Assembly (NCBI GenBank): GCA_963725865.1
Contig: CAVSAC010000012.1
Coordinates: 416,001 to 480,000, forward strand
Reading direction: 5' to 3'
DNA: 64,000 nucleotides
DNA from: Candidatus Eiseniibacteriota bacterium
GTDB taxonomy: Bacteria > Eisenbacteria > RBG-16-71-46
Shown here: one piece after another, positions 31,606 to 41,231 of the stretch
Numbering within the stretch: position 1 is the stretch's first letter
Layout: the number at the start of each line of letters is the position of its first letter
Program-made: the position numbers and the translations under genes
Notes under the pieces: model-generated
What the model was told of the DNA's origin: nothing
The model's input: the letters and a program-made list of their open reading frames with translations, nothing else
The model's database searches: none

Positions 31606-33752
31606 CGTGGCTCCGCGGGAGGACGGCGCCGCAGCGCCTCGAGGTCGAGCTGGATGGAGTGGTGCGAGCGCATCAGGTCGTCGAGCACCTGCTCGCGGTC
31701 GCGCGCCGGCTCGGTCGCGCGGCGGCGGGTGGCGCGCTCGGGCTCGAGGTGCGGCCACAGCACCTCGCGCACCGCGGCGGGCAGGACGCTCTCGAGGTAC
31801 TCGAGCGCGGTCCCGCGCAGCAGCAGGTCGTCCGCGAACAGGCCGCGGAACGCGATCCGCAACGGCTCGCGCGGGAGCACCAGCGTGAGCAGCGTGAACA
31901 CGTGCTCGAGGCTGCGCCCCGCGCGCCGCCGCAGGAACTCGTCGACCGCGCCGCCCTCGCCGCGCTCCTCGAGGCCCTCGAGCTCGCGATGCGAATCCCA
32001 GAGCCGGCGCTCGACCACCGCCTCGTCCCGCACCACGCGGAAGATCGCCTCGGGGTCCACGCTCAGCGCCGGGGCCCGCTCGAGCATCCGCGCGAGCGCG
32101 GCGCCGCAGCGATAGCGCACCTCGAAGCGCGTGTCGGCGAGTCCGCGGACCAGGCCGTCCACCGCGCGCGGCGTGGCGCAGTCCGCCAGCACGCCGGGGA
32201 TTCGGCGGCGGACATCGAAGGCGCTGGCGGGATCGAGCAGCGCGTCGACCAGCTGCCCGGTGTGTCGCGACGCGACGCGATTCAGCGCCGCGACCACCGC
32301 GGGCGCGGCCTCGGGCTGCGCCAGCAGCGCGATGGCGTGCGCGACTCCGGCGGCGTCCAGCGGCGCGCCGTCGACCAGCGGTTCCCGCGCCCGCGCGGGC
32401 TCGCCGCCGCGCGTCTCGGGCCGGCGCGCGGTCAGGTAGGGCGAGGCCGCCGCGCCCCCCGATCCGAGCACGCGCAGCACCGAAGTGCGCGTCGTCTGGT
32501 CCTCGACCGCAGCCAGATCGAGCCGCACGGCGCCCGCGCGCAGGCCGGCCTCGAGCGAGTCGACGTAGCCGCGCTGGAGCCGCGCCACGATGCCGAGCGT
32601 GGCCAAGGCGGTCAGCACCGCCAGCGCGAGCAGGACCGGCTGCGAGATCATGGGCACCATCAGCAGCACCAACGCGGTGAGGCCGGCGCCGGTCACGTCG
32701 CCGAGCCGCTCGCACCCCACGTCCACGAGGGTCTTGGTGGCGCGCTTCTCGGCCGCCGGGATCGGGGTGTAGAACATCTCGTAGCTGGTCCGGAACAGCG
32801 ACCCGCGCAGCACGCCCTCGAGCCCGCGCGCCAGTCCCACGGTCCACGGGCCCGGGAGCAGCGCGGAGGCCATGCCGCCCACGATCAGTCCGCCGTGGAG
32901 GGCGCCGATGCTGCGCGCCAGTCCGACCCGCTCGAGCGCCCGGCGCGTCAGCAACGTCTGGGCGACGAACGTCAGCACCCCGACGATCGCGTAGAACGCC
33001 GAGAACAGGCGCACCAGGTCCAGGCCCTGGCGCGCCACGCCCGCGGCCTGCGCCTTGAACACGTAGTCGAGCAGCGCGACGCTCGCCGCGCTGCCGAACA
33101 CCAGCAGGGCGAGGTTGCGCAGGTAGGGCGTGACGAGCAGCCGCCGCAGCGCCTCCGCGGTCGGCAGCGCGGCCCGCGCGGCGGCTGGCTCCGCGGGCGG
33201 CGCGATCGGCGTGGGCATGCGGTAGGTGCTCCACGCGCACCAGCCGTGCGCGAGCGCCAGCGCCGGGAGCGTGCTCGCGACCCCGGTCCACGCGGTCAGG
33301 CGCTCGGCGAGCACGCCGCCCGCCAATCCTCCGAGCGTGCCGACCGCCGCGATGCGGCCGAGGCGGCGGCGCGCGCTGCGCGGGTCGTAGCGCTCGTTGA
33401 CGATCGACCAGAAGCCCGAGATCAGCACCGGTCCGAGCGCGGCGACGTGCAGGTACACCGCGATCGCCCCGAGGTCCGGCCGCCGCAGCGTGAGGCCCCA
33501 CTCGGCGAGCGTCAGCAGCGCGCTGACGAGGAACGCGACCGGAATCGCGCGGGCCGGGCCGTAGGCCGCGGTCGCGCGGGTGGCCAGCAGCGCCACCACG
33601 ATCGAGAGCAGCGCGGAGCCCGCGACCATCGCGGGCAGGGAGTGGACGTGGAAGTTGGTGAGGAACAGCGCGTCGCGCACGGCGCGCGAGGCCACCTGGT
33701 ACGTCATCATGACCGCCGAGGTGGCCATCGCGGCGACCGTCAGCGGACGCAT
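31602..33752 (-). CDS. Npt1/Npt2 (TLC ATP/ADP carrier-like) MFS transporter with HEAT-repeat C-terminus
   Basis: RAVRDALFL...FWSIVNERYDPRSARR...YEMFYTPIP...KRATKTLVD; about 12 TM segments, then HEAT-like repeats. Start is 33752 or 33779. Confidence 0.75.
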   Translation of the reverse strand: MRPLTVAAMATSAVMMTYQVASRAVRDALFLTNFHVHSLPAMVAGSALLSIVVALLATRATAAYGPARAIPVAFLVSALLTLAEWGLTLRRPDLGAIAVYLHVAALGPVLISGFWSIVNERYDPRSARRRLGRIAAVGTLGGLAGGVLAERLTAWTGVASTLPALALAHGWCAWSTYRMPTPIAPPAEPAAARAALPTAEALRRLLVTPYLRNLALLVFGSAASVALLDYVFKAQAAGVARQGLDLVRLFSAFYAIVGVLTFVAQTLLTRRALERVGLARSIGALHGGLIVGGMASALLPGPWTVGLARGLEGVLRGSLFRTSYEMFYTPIPAAEKRATKTLVDVGCERLGDVTGAGLTALVLLMVPMISQPVLLALAVLTALATLGIVARLQRGYVDSLEAGLRAGAVRLDLAAVEDQTTRTSVLRVLGSGGAAASPYLTARRPETRGGEPARAREPLVDGAPLDAAGVAHAIALLAQPEAAPAVVAALNRVASRHTGQLVDALLDPASAFDVRRRIPGVLADCATPRAVDGLVRGLADTRFEVRYRCGAALARMLERAPALSVDPEAIFRVVRDEAVVERRLWDSHRELEGLEERGEGGAVDEFLRRRAGRSLEHVFTLLTLVLPREPLRIAFRGLFADDLLLRGTALEYLESVLPAAVREVLWPHLEPERATRRRATEPARDREQVLDDLMRSHHSIQLDLEALRRRPPAEPR

Positions 33753-34085
33753 GCTGGTGGGAGGGGCCGGTCGCCTCATGCGCGGCCCCGGAAGCGGCGC
33801 GCGCCCGCGCGGGCGGCGCTGGCGGGCAGCCGGGCGCCCCGGCGCGGGTCCGCGCCGTGCGGAGGCGCGCCGGCGCACAGTGGTGCCGGATGGGGCGTGA
33901 GCGCGACGTGCAGCGTGCGACCCCCGCGGGGAGCGGCCCGACCGGATCAGGACTGCGCGGACGAATTCGACTGGGCGCGGACTCTACACCATCGCGCGCG
34001 CCCCGGGCGCTCGATCCCGCAGCGGCCTCCACGCCGCGTTCCGTCTCCATGCCGCGCGGGCCACGCCCGCGCCGCCGCCCGCGCG

Positions 34086-36572
34086 CTACTTCGCGTGCTT
34101 GCGATCCTGCTCCTCCCGCTTCTCCTTCTCGCGCTCGCTCGCCAGCTCGCGCCGCCACTGCGCGCACATGCGCTGGAAGCGCGGATCGCCTCGCAGCGGC
34201 GCCAGGTCGCGATCGTCCGGCGCGATCCCGCCGACGTCCATGCCACGGGCCTCCGCGAGCTGGAGGCAGCGCAGCGCCTCGTCGATCCGTCGCGCCTGAG
34301 CGTGGGCGCACGCCAGGTTGTAGGTCGAGGTCGAGATGCGATAGCCGCTCGCCAGCGCGCGGCCGTAGGCGTCGGCACTGCCGTCCCAGTCGCCCGCGCG
34401 GAGCCGCGCGAAGCCCAGGTTCCACCACGCTCGGCCGAGGTCCGGGTGCTCGCGTGCCACCCGCTCGTAGCGCGGCAGCTCCGCGCGCCAGGTGCCCCAC
34501 GCCGGGAGGCCCCGCATCGAGCCCGACAACTCGAGATCGCTCGCCAGCGCGACCAGCGCGTCGAAGCGCGGATCGTCGTGCAGCGCTTCCAGGTCGTGGT
34601 CTCCAGAGATCTTCCCGGGGTCGCCGTAGCCGGAACGGATGGAGAGCTCGAGCAGGTCCAGACCGCGCGCGCGCTGCCCGGCGAGCGACCAGGCGCACGC
34701 CAGGTTGTAGAGTGCCGCGGCGCTGGAATCGATCTTGAACTGCGCGGCGAACGCGGCGGCCGAACGCCCGTACTCCGAGAGGCGCAACAGCTCGATGCCG
34801 CTCGAGTGCCACTGGTCGGCGTCGGACGACGCCGAGGACCGCAGCGCGTCGAACTGGGCGACGGCGTGGTTCCGCTTCGCTTCCGCGGCGTCGGTGTTCA
34901 TCGCCCGCGTCAGCAGCCGGCCGAAGCCCGGAGTGTCGCGCAGGGTGTCGAGATCCTCGTCGGAGTGGATCAGCTCCGGCTCGTCGAACCCGGCGTCGAG
35001 CGCCTTGCCGAGGGCATCGAGCGCCGCGGCGCGCTGGCCCGAGCGCGCGAACGAGCACGCGGCGTTGTAGTACGACGTGGCGATGTGCTGGCCGGCAGCG
35101 GCCGCGTTCAGGTACGCGGTCGCCGCGGCGGCGAAGCGTCCCGCGTTGTAGTGCGCGCGCGCGGCGTCGTACCAGTCGGCGCCCGAGCGCGCGCCCGCCG
35201 GCTGGAGCGGCACGGCCGGCGTGACGGGAGCCGGCCCGACCGCGGGCACCGCGTCCACCCCGCGCCCGTTGGGCTCGATGTGAGGCTCCTCGAACGCTTC
35301 GGCGGTCGCCGTCCGGATCGTCGCGCGCTCGCGGGTCTCGGTGCGCTCGCGGGCCTCGGTGCATGCGCGCGTCTCGGCGCGTGCGCGCGCCTCGGTGCAT
35401 GCGCGCCTCTCGGCAGCTTTGCGCGTCGTGGCCGTCGCGCATTCGCTGCCCGACGAGCATGACGGCGCGGCGATCACGCGAGCCGACGCCAGCGGCACCA
35501 GCAGCGTGAGCGCGGCGAGCCCGATGGCGGCGGTGGCGATGCGCGTCGCGGGGCGGCGCGAGGCGCCGGGCTCGAGGATCGCCGCGATCCGGCGCTCGAG
35601 GGTCGAGCGGCGCGCGAACGCCGGCGCGACCCCGCGCAGGGCGTCCGCCCCGCGCGCCGACTGCGCGATCGCGAGCAGCCACTCCGCGTAGTCGCTGGGG
35701 CGCGCGCCCGCGCTCAGCACCACGTCGTCGCAGGCCTGCTCGCACGCCAGCCCGGCCTCGCGGGCCAGCCGGCCGACCAGCGGATGGAACCACAGCAGCG
35801 CGCGGCAGCCGCGCGTGAGCAGCAGCGCGAGGCCGTCGTGACGTGCCACGTGCGCCAGCTCGTGCAGCAGCACGGCGCTCAGGCGCTCCGCCGGGCCGGC
35901 GAGCGTCGCGGGCGGCAGCAGCAGCACCGGATGCCGCACGCCGAACACGGCGGGGACCGCCAGCGCTTCCGTGCGGCGCAGCGCGACCGGCCGCCGGATG
36001 CCCAGGCGACGGCGCACGTGCTCGGCCTCGGCGACCACCGCCGGATCGTCGATCGGCACGGCGGCGCGGGCCACGCGGGCGGCGGCGAGCATCGAGGCGA
36101 GCAGCCGCGCGGTCAAACCCAGGGACACCGCCAGGCACGCCAGCAGCAGGGCCGCGGCGAGCGTGCCCCACGGGAACCGACGCGCGATCGGGGAGGCCGG
36201 GCGCACGAACGCGGGCCGCGCGGCGGACGTCGTCACGGCGGGGGCCGGCGGAACGGTGGCGCGCGCGGCGAGCACGCCGTTCTCCGGCGCGTCGGCGCGG
36301 AGGGCGATCAGGGTCGGCGGCGCCGCGCCAGCGGGTGGGAGCCAGGCGAGCGGCAGCGCGGGGAGCAGCAGGGTGGCGAGCGGCAGCGCGAGGACCGCCG
36401 CGAGCGTCACCACGGCGATGCGATGCCGCAGTGCGGCCGCGGCGCGCGGCCGCAGCGCGAGCACCGCGAGGCCCGCGGCGGCGATCAGGGTGATGCGCAG
36501 CAGCATCTGCAGCTGGCCGCCCCAGGTGCCGAGGCCGGCGGGCTGACGCAGGAGATCGAGGAGCAGGGACAT
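34086..36572 (-). CDS. BlaR1/M56 family metallopeptidase with C-terminal TPR sensor
   Basis: ATG 36572 overlaps the blaI stop. HELAHVARHD, LWFHPLV, EQACDD; three YNxAC...DxDLxxL TPR units. Confidence 0.9.
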   Translation of the reverse strand: MSLLLDLLRQPAGLGTWGGQLQMLLRITLIAAAGLAVLALRPRAAAALRHRIAVVTLAAVLALPLATLLLPALPLAWLPPAGAAPPTLIALRADAPENGVLAARATVPPAPAVTTSAARPAFVRPASPIARRFPWGTLAAALLLACLAVSLGLTARLLASMLAAARVARAAVPIDDPAVVAEAEHVRRRLGIRRPVALRRTEALAVPAVFGVRHPVLLLPPATLAGPAERLSAVLLHELAHVARHDGLALLLTRGCRALLWFHPLVGRLAREAGLACEQACDDVVLSAGARPSDYAEWLLAIAQSARGADALRGVAPAFARRSTLERRIAAILEPGASRRPATRIATAAIGLAALTLLVPLASARVIAAPSCSSGSECATATTRKAAERRACTEARARAETRACTEARERTETRERATIRTATAEAFEEPHIEPNGRGVDAVPAVGPAPVTPAVPLQPAGARSGADWYDAARAHYNAGRFAAAATAYLNAAAAGQHIATSYYNAACSFARSGQRAAALDALGKALDAGFDEPELIHSDEDLDTLRDTPGFGRLLTRAMNTDAAEAKRNHAVAQFDALRSSASSDADQWHSSGIELLRLSEYGRSAAAFAAQFKIDSSAAALYNLACAWSLAGQRARGLDLLELSIRSGYGDPGKISGDHDLEALHDDPRFDALVALASDLELSGSMRGLPAWGTWRAELPRYERVAREHPDLGRAWWNLGFARLRAGDWDGSADAYGRALASGYRISTSTYNLACAHAQARRIDEALRCLQLAEARGMDVGGIAPDDRDLAPLRGDPRFQRMCAQWRRELASEREKEKREEQDRKHAK
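35324..35413. repeat. Five degenerate 18-nt tandem repeats inside the M56 gene
   Basis: CTCGG recurs every 18 nt (35337, 35355, 35373, 35391, 35409); encodes ERRACT-EARARA-ETRACT-EARERT-ETRERA. Confidence 0.75.
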
Positions 36573-36955
36573 CACCGGCCCTCCTTGCGGGCGCGTTCGA
36601 TGAGCGCCGCGGCGCGCTCCAGTCCATCGCGGTCCAGTCGTGCGGCCTCGTGCTCGAGCAGCGTCAACACCGCGTTCGCCGGCGAGCCGTCGAAGAACGT
36701 CTCGAGCAGGTGCTGGATCGCGGTCTGGCGCGCCCGACTGCGGTTCACCGTCGGCCGGTAGACGTAGCGCGTGCCGCTCTCGGCGTGTCGCAGCAGCCCC
36801 TTCTGCTCGAGGATGCTGAGCGTCGCGCGCACCGCCGAATAGCTGGGCGGCTCCGCCATCCGCGTGCGGATCTCGACCGCGGTGGCGCTGCCGCACGCGT
36901 ACACGATGTCCATGATCTCGCGCTCGCGCCGGCTCAGGGATCGAAGTCGCTGCAT
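36572..36955 (-). CDS. BlaI/MecI/CopY family repressor
   Basis: LSRREREIMDIVY...YSAVRATLSILEQKG...RYVY...FFDGS; RBS GGAGG. Confidence 0.93.
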   Translation of the reverse strand: MQRLRSLSRREREIMDIVYACGSATAVEIRTRMAEPPSYSAVRATLSILEQKGLLRHAESGTRYVYRPTVNRSRARQTAIQHLLETFFDGSPANAVLTLLEHEAARLDRDGLERAAALIERARKEGR

Positions 36956-36972
36956 GGTGCCCTCCGTGTTCG

Positions 36973-37005
36973 TGCTGAATTTTCAGCAGTGCTGGAAAAC
37001 TAGCA
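36973..37005. promoter_or_regulatory. Tandem palindromic operator (TGCT-N8-AGCA x2) for the BlaI-like repressor
   Basis: TGCTGAATTTTCAGCA (36973-36988) and TGCTGGAAAACTAGCA (36990-37005); AT-rich and just upstream of the blaI RBS. Confidence 0.75.
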
Positions 37006-37301
37006 GAGGCCCGGACGCGCTTCAAGGATCGAATGGCCGCAGGCGCGGCGCCGGACACCGGCCGGGGGGGCGCGCGGCCCGCGGCCGCGGCAGCGCGCGG
37101 TCCGGGCCCGCGCCGGCGCGCGGTGCACCGTCGGCGCGGGGCCCCAAGCCGGGTGAGCCGCCGGCCGATAACCGGGGCGAGCCGCGCCGGGCCGGCGCGA
37201 CGGATCCCTCCGCGGCCATGCTCGACGGACGGGCCGTCTCCGCGCCCGCCGGGCCCGGCAGTCCGCCGCGCACCGAATCGCAAGAATGGAGGCCGCCCGT
37301 C

Positions 37302-37985
37302 ATGCCCGCAGACCCGACTCCCGCCCCACGCTCGCTCTCGCCCTGGTGGGCGCTGCTGCTCCTGCCGATCGCGCTGTCGATCGGCTGGTTCGTGGGCGCG
37401 GTGCCGGGGCCCGCGTCGCCGGTGGCGAAGCCGGTGCCGGCGCCCACCGGGCCGCCGGCGATCGCGGGCGCTCCGGCCTCCATCGCGCCCGCCCGCGGCG
37501 GCAGCCCGAGCGGGCTACCGGGCTGGGACTCCGCGCCGGCCGCCGAGCGTGCCGCCGGCGCCGCACCGGCGCCGGTCGCGACCGCGGTGCCCGAGGGCGA
37601 GCGGCCGCGCGCCGAGGTCTCGGACTGGACCACGATCGAGCAGGCGATGACGGAGTCGCAGCGCACCGGCAAGCCGATCATGATCGACTTCAACGCGGAT
37701 TGGTGCGGACCCTGCCAGGCGCTGAAGCACCAGGTGTTCGAGGACGCTGACCGCGGCGAGGCGGTGAGGACCGCGGTGATCCCGGTGTCGGTCGTGGACC
37801 GCGCGCGCGAGGAGGGCAACAACCCGCCGGGGATCGACTACCTGCAGAAGCGCTTCGGGGTCGACGCGTTCCCGACCCTGGTCGTGTTCTCGCCCCAGAG
37901 CGGCCGCAGCGTGAAGACCAAGGGCTTCGGTGACGCCGACGACGCGGTGCGGTGGATCACCCAGGCGGCCCGCTCGGTGCAGTGA
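37302..37985 (+). CDS. Membrane-anchored thioredoxin family protein
   Basis: N-terminal TM, Pro/Ala linker, DFNADWCGPC, cis-Pro motif AFPT. Confidence 0.88.
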   Translation: MPADPTPAPRSLSPWWALLLLPIALSIGWFVGAVPGPASPVAKPVPAPTGPPAIAGAPASIAPARGGSPSGLPGWDSAPAAERAAGAAPAPVATAVPEGERPRAEVSDWTTIEQAMTESQRTGKPIMIDFNADWCGPCQALKHQVFEDADRGEAVRTAVIPVSVVDRAREEGNNPPGIDYLQKRFGVDAFPTLVVFSPQSGRSVKTKGFGDADDAVRWITQAARSVQ

Positions 37986-38104
37986 CCGCTTCCCTCAGCC
38001 GCCCGGGGCATGGGAGCCCGCGCGGCGTTCGAGCTCCCGCGGCCGCTGCCGTGGCCCGCCCGGAGGACTGACCCCGGGCGGGCCACGGTGCGCGGACGGT
38101 CGGC

Positions 38105-40777
38105 TCAGGCCGCTTTCGCGATGTCCTCGCCGTCGTCGTCGTGGCGGCGCGCGCCCTTCACGGCCGCGCGCACGCGGGCAGTCGTCTTGCGCTCCTCGCG
38201 CAGGTTCTCGATCGCGGCCTCGGCCTGCTTGAGCAGGAACTGCAGCGAGCCGGCCTTCTCGACCGCCTGGTCGACGATCACCTTCTGGCCCTCGAGCGCA
38301 TCGATGCTGGAGCGAACGTCCACGAGCAGCGCGTCGGCCCGGGCCAGCCGCTCCTCGGCCTTCGACATCTGCCGCTTGCGCTCGTCGAGCGCGCTCGCGG
38401 TGTCGCGCACCTCCTGCACCCGCTGCTGGACGTCGAGGAGCATCGTGCGGCTCTCCTCGAGCTCCTGCTGGGCGGACGTGATCTCGCGGACGTGCGTCGA
38501 GGTCGACTCCGCCATCGCGAACATGCGGTCGAGGTCGGCCTGCAGCGACTCGATCGTGCCCTGGCGGGCGTCGATCTGCGCCAGCGACTGGGCAATCTGC
38601 TCCTCCATCAGGTCCCACTTCGCCATCCGGGTCTCGAAGCGGGCGAGGCGATCCTCGACCGCGTGCAGCCCGTCGGCGCGCTGCTCGAGCTGGGTGGACA
38701 CCTCGTCCACCTGCGTGACCCGCTGGTCCGCGGTCGCCAGCGCCGTGGTGAGCCGCTGGGTCAGCTCGTCCAGTTTCTGCGCTGCAGTGGCCGCCTCCTG
38801 GCGCAGGGAGGACGCCTTCTTGAGGTCCTTCGCGGCCGCCTCGAGCGCGTGCTGGCGCTGGTCCAGCTCCTCGCGCATCGTGCGGGTCTCCTCGGCGAGC
38901 GTCTCGACCGAGGCGCAGCGCTCCTCGACCGCGCCCACCATCGCGCGCACCTGATCCGTGCGCTGCACAGCCTCGCGAACGCTCGCGGTCACCGCGCCGA
39001 TGGTCTGGCTGAGGCGGGCGGCCTCCTCGGACTGCGAGCCCAGGCTCACGAAGCCCTGCTCGGCCGCCTCCATGCGCATCTGCAGCTGCTGGCTGCGATC
39101 GTCGAGTCGCGCCGCGAGCGCCCCCAGCTCGGTCGTCCGCCGGTGCAGGTCGTCGACGAACTCGCGCCGCGCATCGATCACCGACGTGGTCTCGTTCACG
39201 CGCTCGGCTTCGTGCAGCGCGTGCTGGATGGCGGGCGCCAGCGAGTTGAGCGCGCCGACCTGGTCCCTCAGTTCGGCGACCGACCGCTCCACGCCCTCCA
39301 TCCAGGTACGAGCCTCGGACTGATTGGCGCGGATCCGCACGATCTCGTCGTGCGCGAGCTGCGCCTGTTCCAGCGCGTCCTGCACCATCGCGTGCGCCCC
39401 GCTGAGCTGCTCGAGGTCGCGATGCGCACGTTCCACCGCGGGCCGCGCCTCCTCGATGCGGGAGACCTGGGTGCCGATCTCGCGGGTCGTGCGTCCGGCC
39501 TCGTCGAGATCGCGGCGGATGGCCTGCAGCTTCGCCATCTCGCGATCGACCTGGCCGACCTCGGTGGAGAGCGCCTGCAGCTGCGTGCCGACCGCCTGCG
39601 TCTGCGCGGTCAGCTCGCCCATCGAACGGCTCGCGTCGTTCAGGCCCTTGAAGCGGTTCTCGGCCCCGGTCAACTCGCCGCGCAGGTCGGCGACCCGCTG
39701 GCTGACCGACTCCAGGCCGCGGGACTCGAAGTCGAACCGCTCGGCGGTCTTCTTCATCTCCTCGGTCATCGCCGCGAGGTCCACGCGCATCGTGCGGGAC
39801 TGCTCGTCGGTGTCGCGCTGGAGCTTGGTGATCTCGGTGGAGCGCGCGAGCACGGACTCGTGCAGCGTGCGGAGCGCGGCGACCTGCTCCTGGAGCGCGG
39901 TCAGCGACTTCTCGTTCTCCTGCTGCTGCCGCACGCCGAGGTCGGTCTGCCGCATCGCGCGGTCGAGCACCTCGGCCTGGGCGAGCGCGCGGTCGACCGC
40001 GTCGCGCTGGGCCTCGAGCGCGGCGGTCTTCTGGGCGACCGAGTCGCCGAGCGCCTTGAGCATGCCCATCTCGCGCTTCACCTCGTCCACGGTGTGCTGC
40101 ACTCCGTCCATGCCGCGCACCGCCTGCTCCACGCCCTCCACGCGTCGTTCCTTGTCGGACATCGAGCGGCCCAGCTCGTCGCGGCGGCGGTCGAGCGCCT
40201 CCATCTTCGTGACCGCGAGCTTGTGGGCGTCCAGCAGCCGGTCGTGCTGCTCGCGCAGGCGCGCCATCCGCTCGCCGGTGCCCTCGATCTGGCTGCGGAT
40301 CGATTCGGCGTCGCCGCGCAGCTGCTGGAACGGCTTCTCGATCTCGAGGAATGCGGTCAGCTGCTCCTTGAGGCCGGCGGCGAGATCGACCTTCTGGACC
40401 AGCTCCTCCATGGTGGAGCGGATCTTCTGGGAGTCCTCGAGCGCCTGGACGATGCGCTCCTCGGCCCACTTCTGGCTCTGCGTGAGGCCGGCGGCGCGCT
40501 CGTCGAGGCTCTCGAACAGCGAGGACAGCCGCACCATCGCCTCGAAGCGCTGCTGCAGCTCGGTCAGTCGCGTGGAGACCGCGTCGACGTCGGTGCCGGC
40601 CTTCGCGAGCGGCTCGTCGAGCTGCTGCAGGCGCTCGGCCGAGGCGTTCGCGTGCTTCAGCAGCGACTCGAAGCGTTCCCGCTCCCGCCGCATCTCGTCG
40701 AGCATCTCCCGCATCTCGGTGGCGGCTTCGCGATCCTTCGAGGAATTCCCGAGCAGGCTCTTGAGCAGCGGGGCCAT
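38105..40777 (-). CDS. Long all-coiled-coil protein
   Basis: 890 aa, E/Q/R/A/L-rich heptads, very few Pro, no Walker A, no TM; RBS AAGGAG. Confidence 0.85.
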   Translation of the reverse strand: MAPLLKSLLGNSSKDREAATEMREMLDEMRRERERFESLLKHANASAERLQQLDEPLAKAGTDVDAVSTRLTELQQRFEAMVRLSSLFESLDERAAGLTQSQKWAEERIVQALEDSQKIRSTMEELVQKVDLAAGLKEQLTAFLEIEKPFQQLRGDAESIRSQIEGTGERMARLREQHDRLLDAHKLAVTKMEALDRRRDELGRSMSDKERRVEGVEQAVRGMDGVQHTVDEVKREMGMLKALGDSVAQKTAALEAQRDAVDRALAQAEVLDRAMRQTDLGVRQQQENEKSLTALQEQVAALRTLHESVLARSTEITKLQRDTDEQSRTMRVDLAAMTEEMKKTAERFDFESRGLESVSQRVADLRGELTGAENRFKGLNDASRSMGELTAQTQAVGTQLQALSTEVGQVDREMAKLQAIRRDLDEAGRTTREIGTQVSRIEEARPAVERAHRDLEQLSGAHAMVQDALEQAQLAHDEIVRIRANQSEARTWMEGVERSVAELRDQVGALNSLAPAIQHALHEAERVNETTSVIDARREFVDDLHRRTTELGALAARLDDRSQQLQMRMEAAEQGFVSLGSQSEEAARLSQTIGAVTASVREAVQRTDQVRAMVGAVEERCASVETLAEETRTMREELDQRQHALEAAAKDLKKASSLRQEAATAAQKLDELTQRLTTALATADQRVTQVDEVSTQLEQRADGLHAVEDRLARFETRMAKWDLMEEQIAQSLAQIDARQGTIESLQADLDRMFAMAESTSTHVREITSAQQELEESRTMLLDVQQRVQEVRDTASALDERKRQMSKAEERLARADALLVDVRSSIDALEGQKVIVDQAVEKAGSLQFLLKQAEAAIENLREERKTTARVRAAVKGARRHDDDGEDIAKAA

Positions 40778-41028
40778 GATTCACTCCTTGCGGGCACACC
40801 GCCCCCGTCGGGGCGGCAGTTCCAGTCGTCGATCCGGGAGTCGAGGCCGACTCCTCGGTGCGGGGGGGACGCGATTCGCGCGCTACGCGAGCAAGATGCG
40901 CGCCGCCGAGGGGGGGCTCCCCGGGGTCGGGCGGCACCCGGCCGGCGACGCGGGCACACGAGCGCAGATAGCCCTGCGGGGAGCCCGCGAGCCGGGCCGC
41001 GCGGACCGTCGCCCGGGCCCGGCACGAG

Positions 41029-41043
41029 GCCAGAAAAGCGCCA
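41029..41043 (-). promoter_or_regulatory. Possible sigma-54 promoter for the coiled-coil gene
   Basis: TGGCGCTTTTCTGGC (GG-N10-GC); no matching enhancer seen. Confidence 0.3.
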
Positions 41044-41231
41044 TCCCGCGCGCGGTCGCCCAGGAAGTGGTCGGCGGCCGGGAGTGGCGACTGGCCGGCC
41101 GCCGGGACGGGCTCGCCCGCGGCGTGTCGTGGTTCTCGCCCGCGTCGGATTGCAGTTCGCCGCGGCCAGGCCCTCGCCGGGCGGGCCGGCGGCGGCGGCG
41201 CGGACCCGCGCCGGGGTCGCGCCGCCCGGGC

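Noticed and set aside
29245..36627. Apparent 2460-aa giant kinase
   Set aside because: Only 29245-31605 is real; the upstream part is an off-frame reading of the transporter and M56 genes.
38105..40777. SMC/chromosome segregation protein
   Set aside because: No Walker A/B, signature motif or hinge.
40780..41230. Possible tRNA or ncRNA in the long intergenic region
   Set aside because: No cloverleaf, T-loop or recognisable Rfam-like motif; pairing is explained by extreme GC content.
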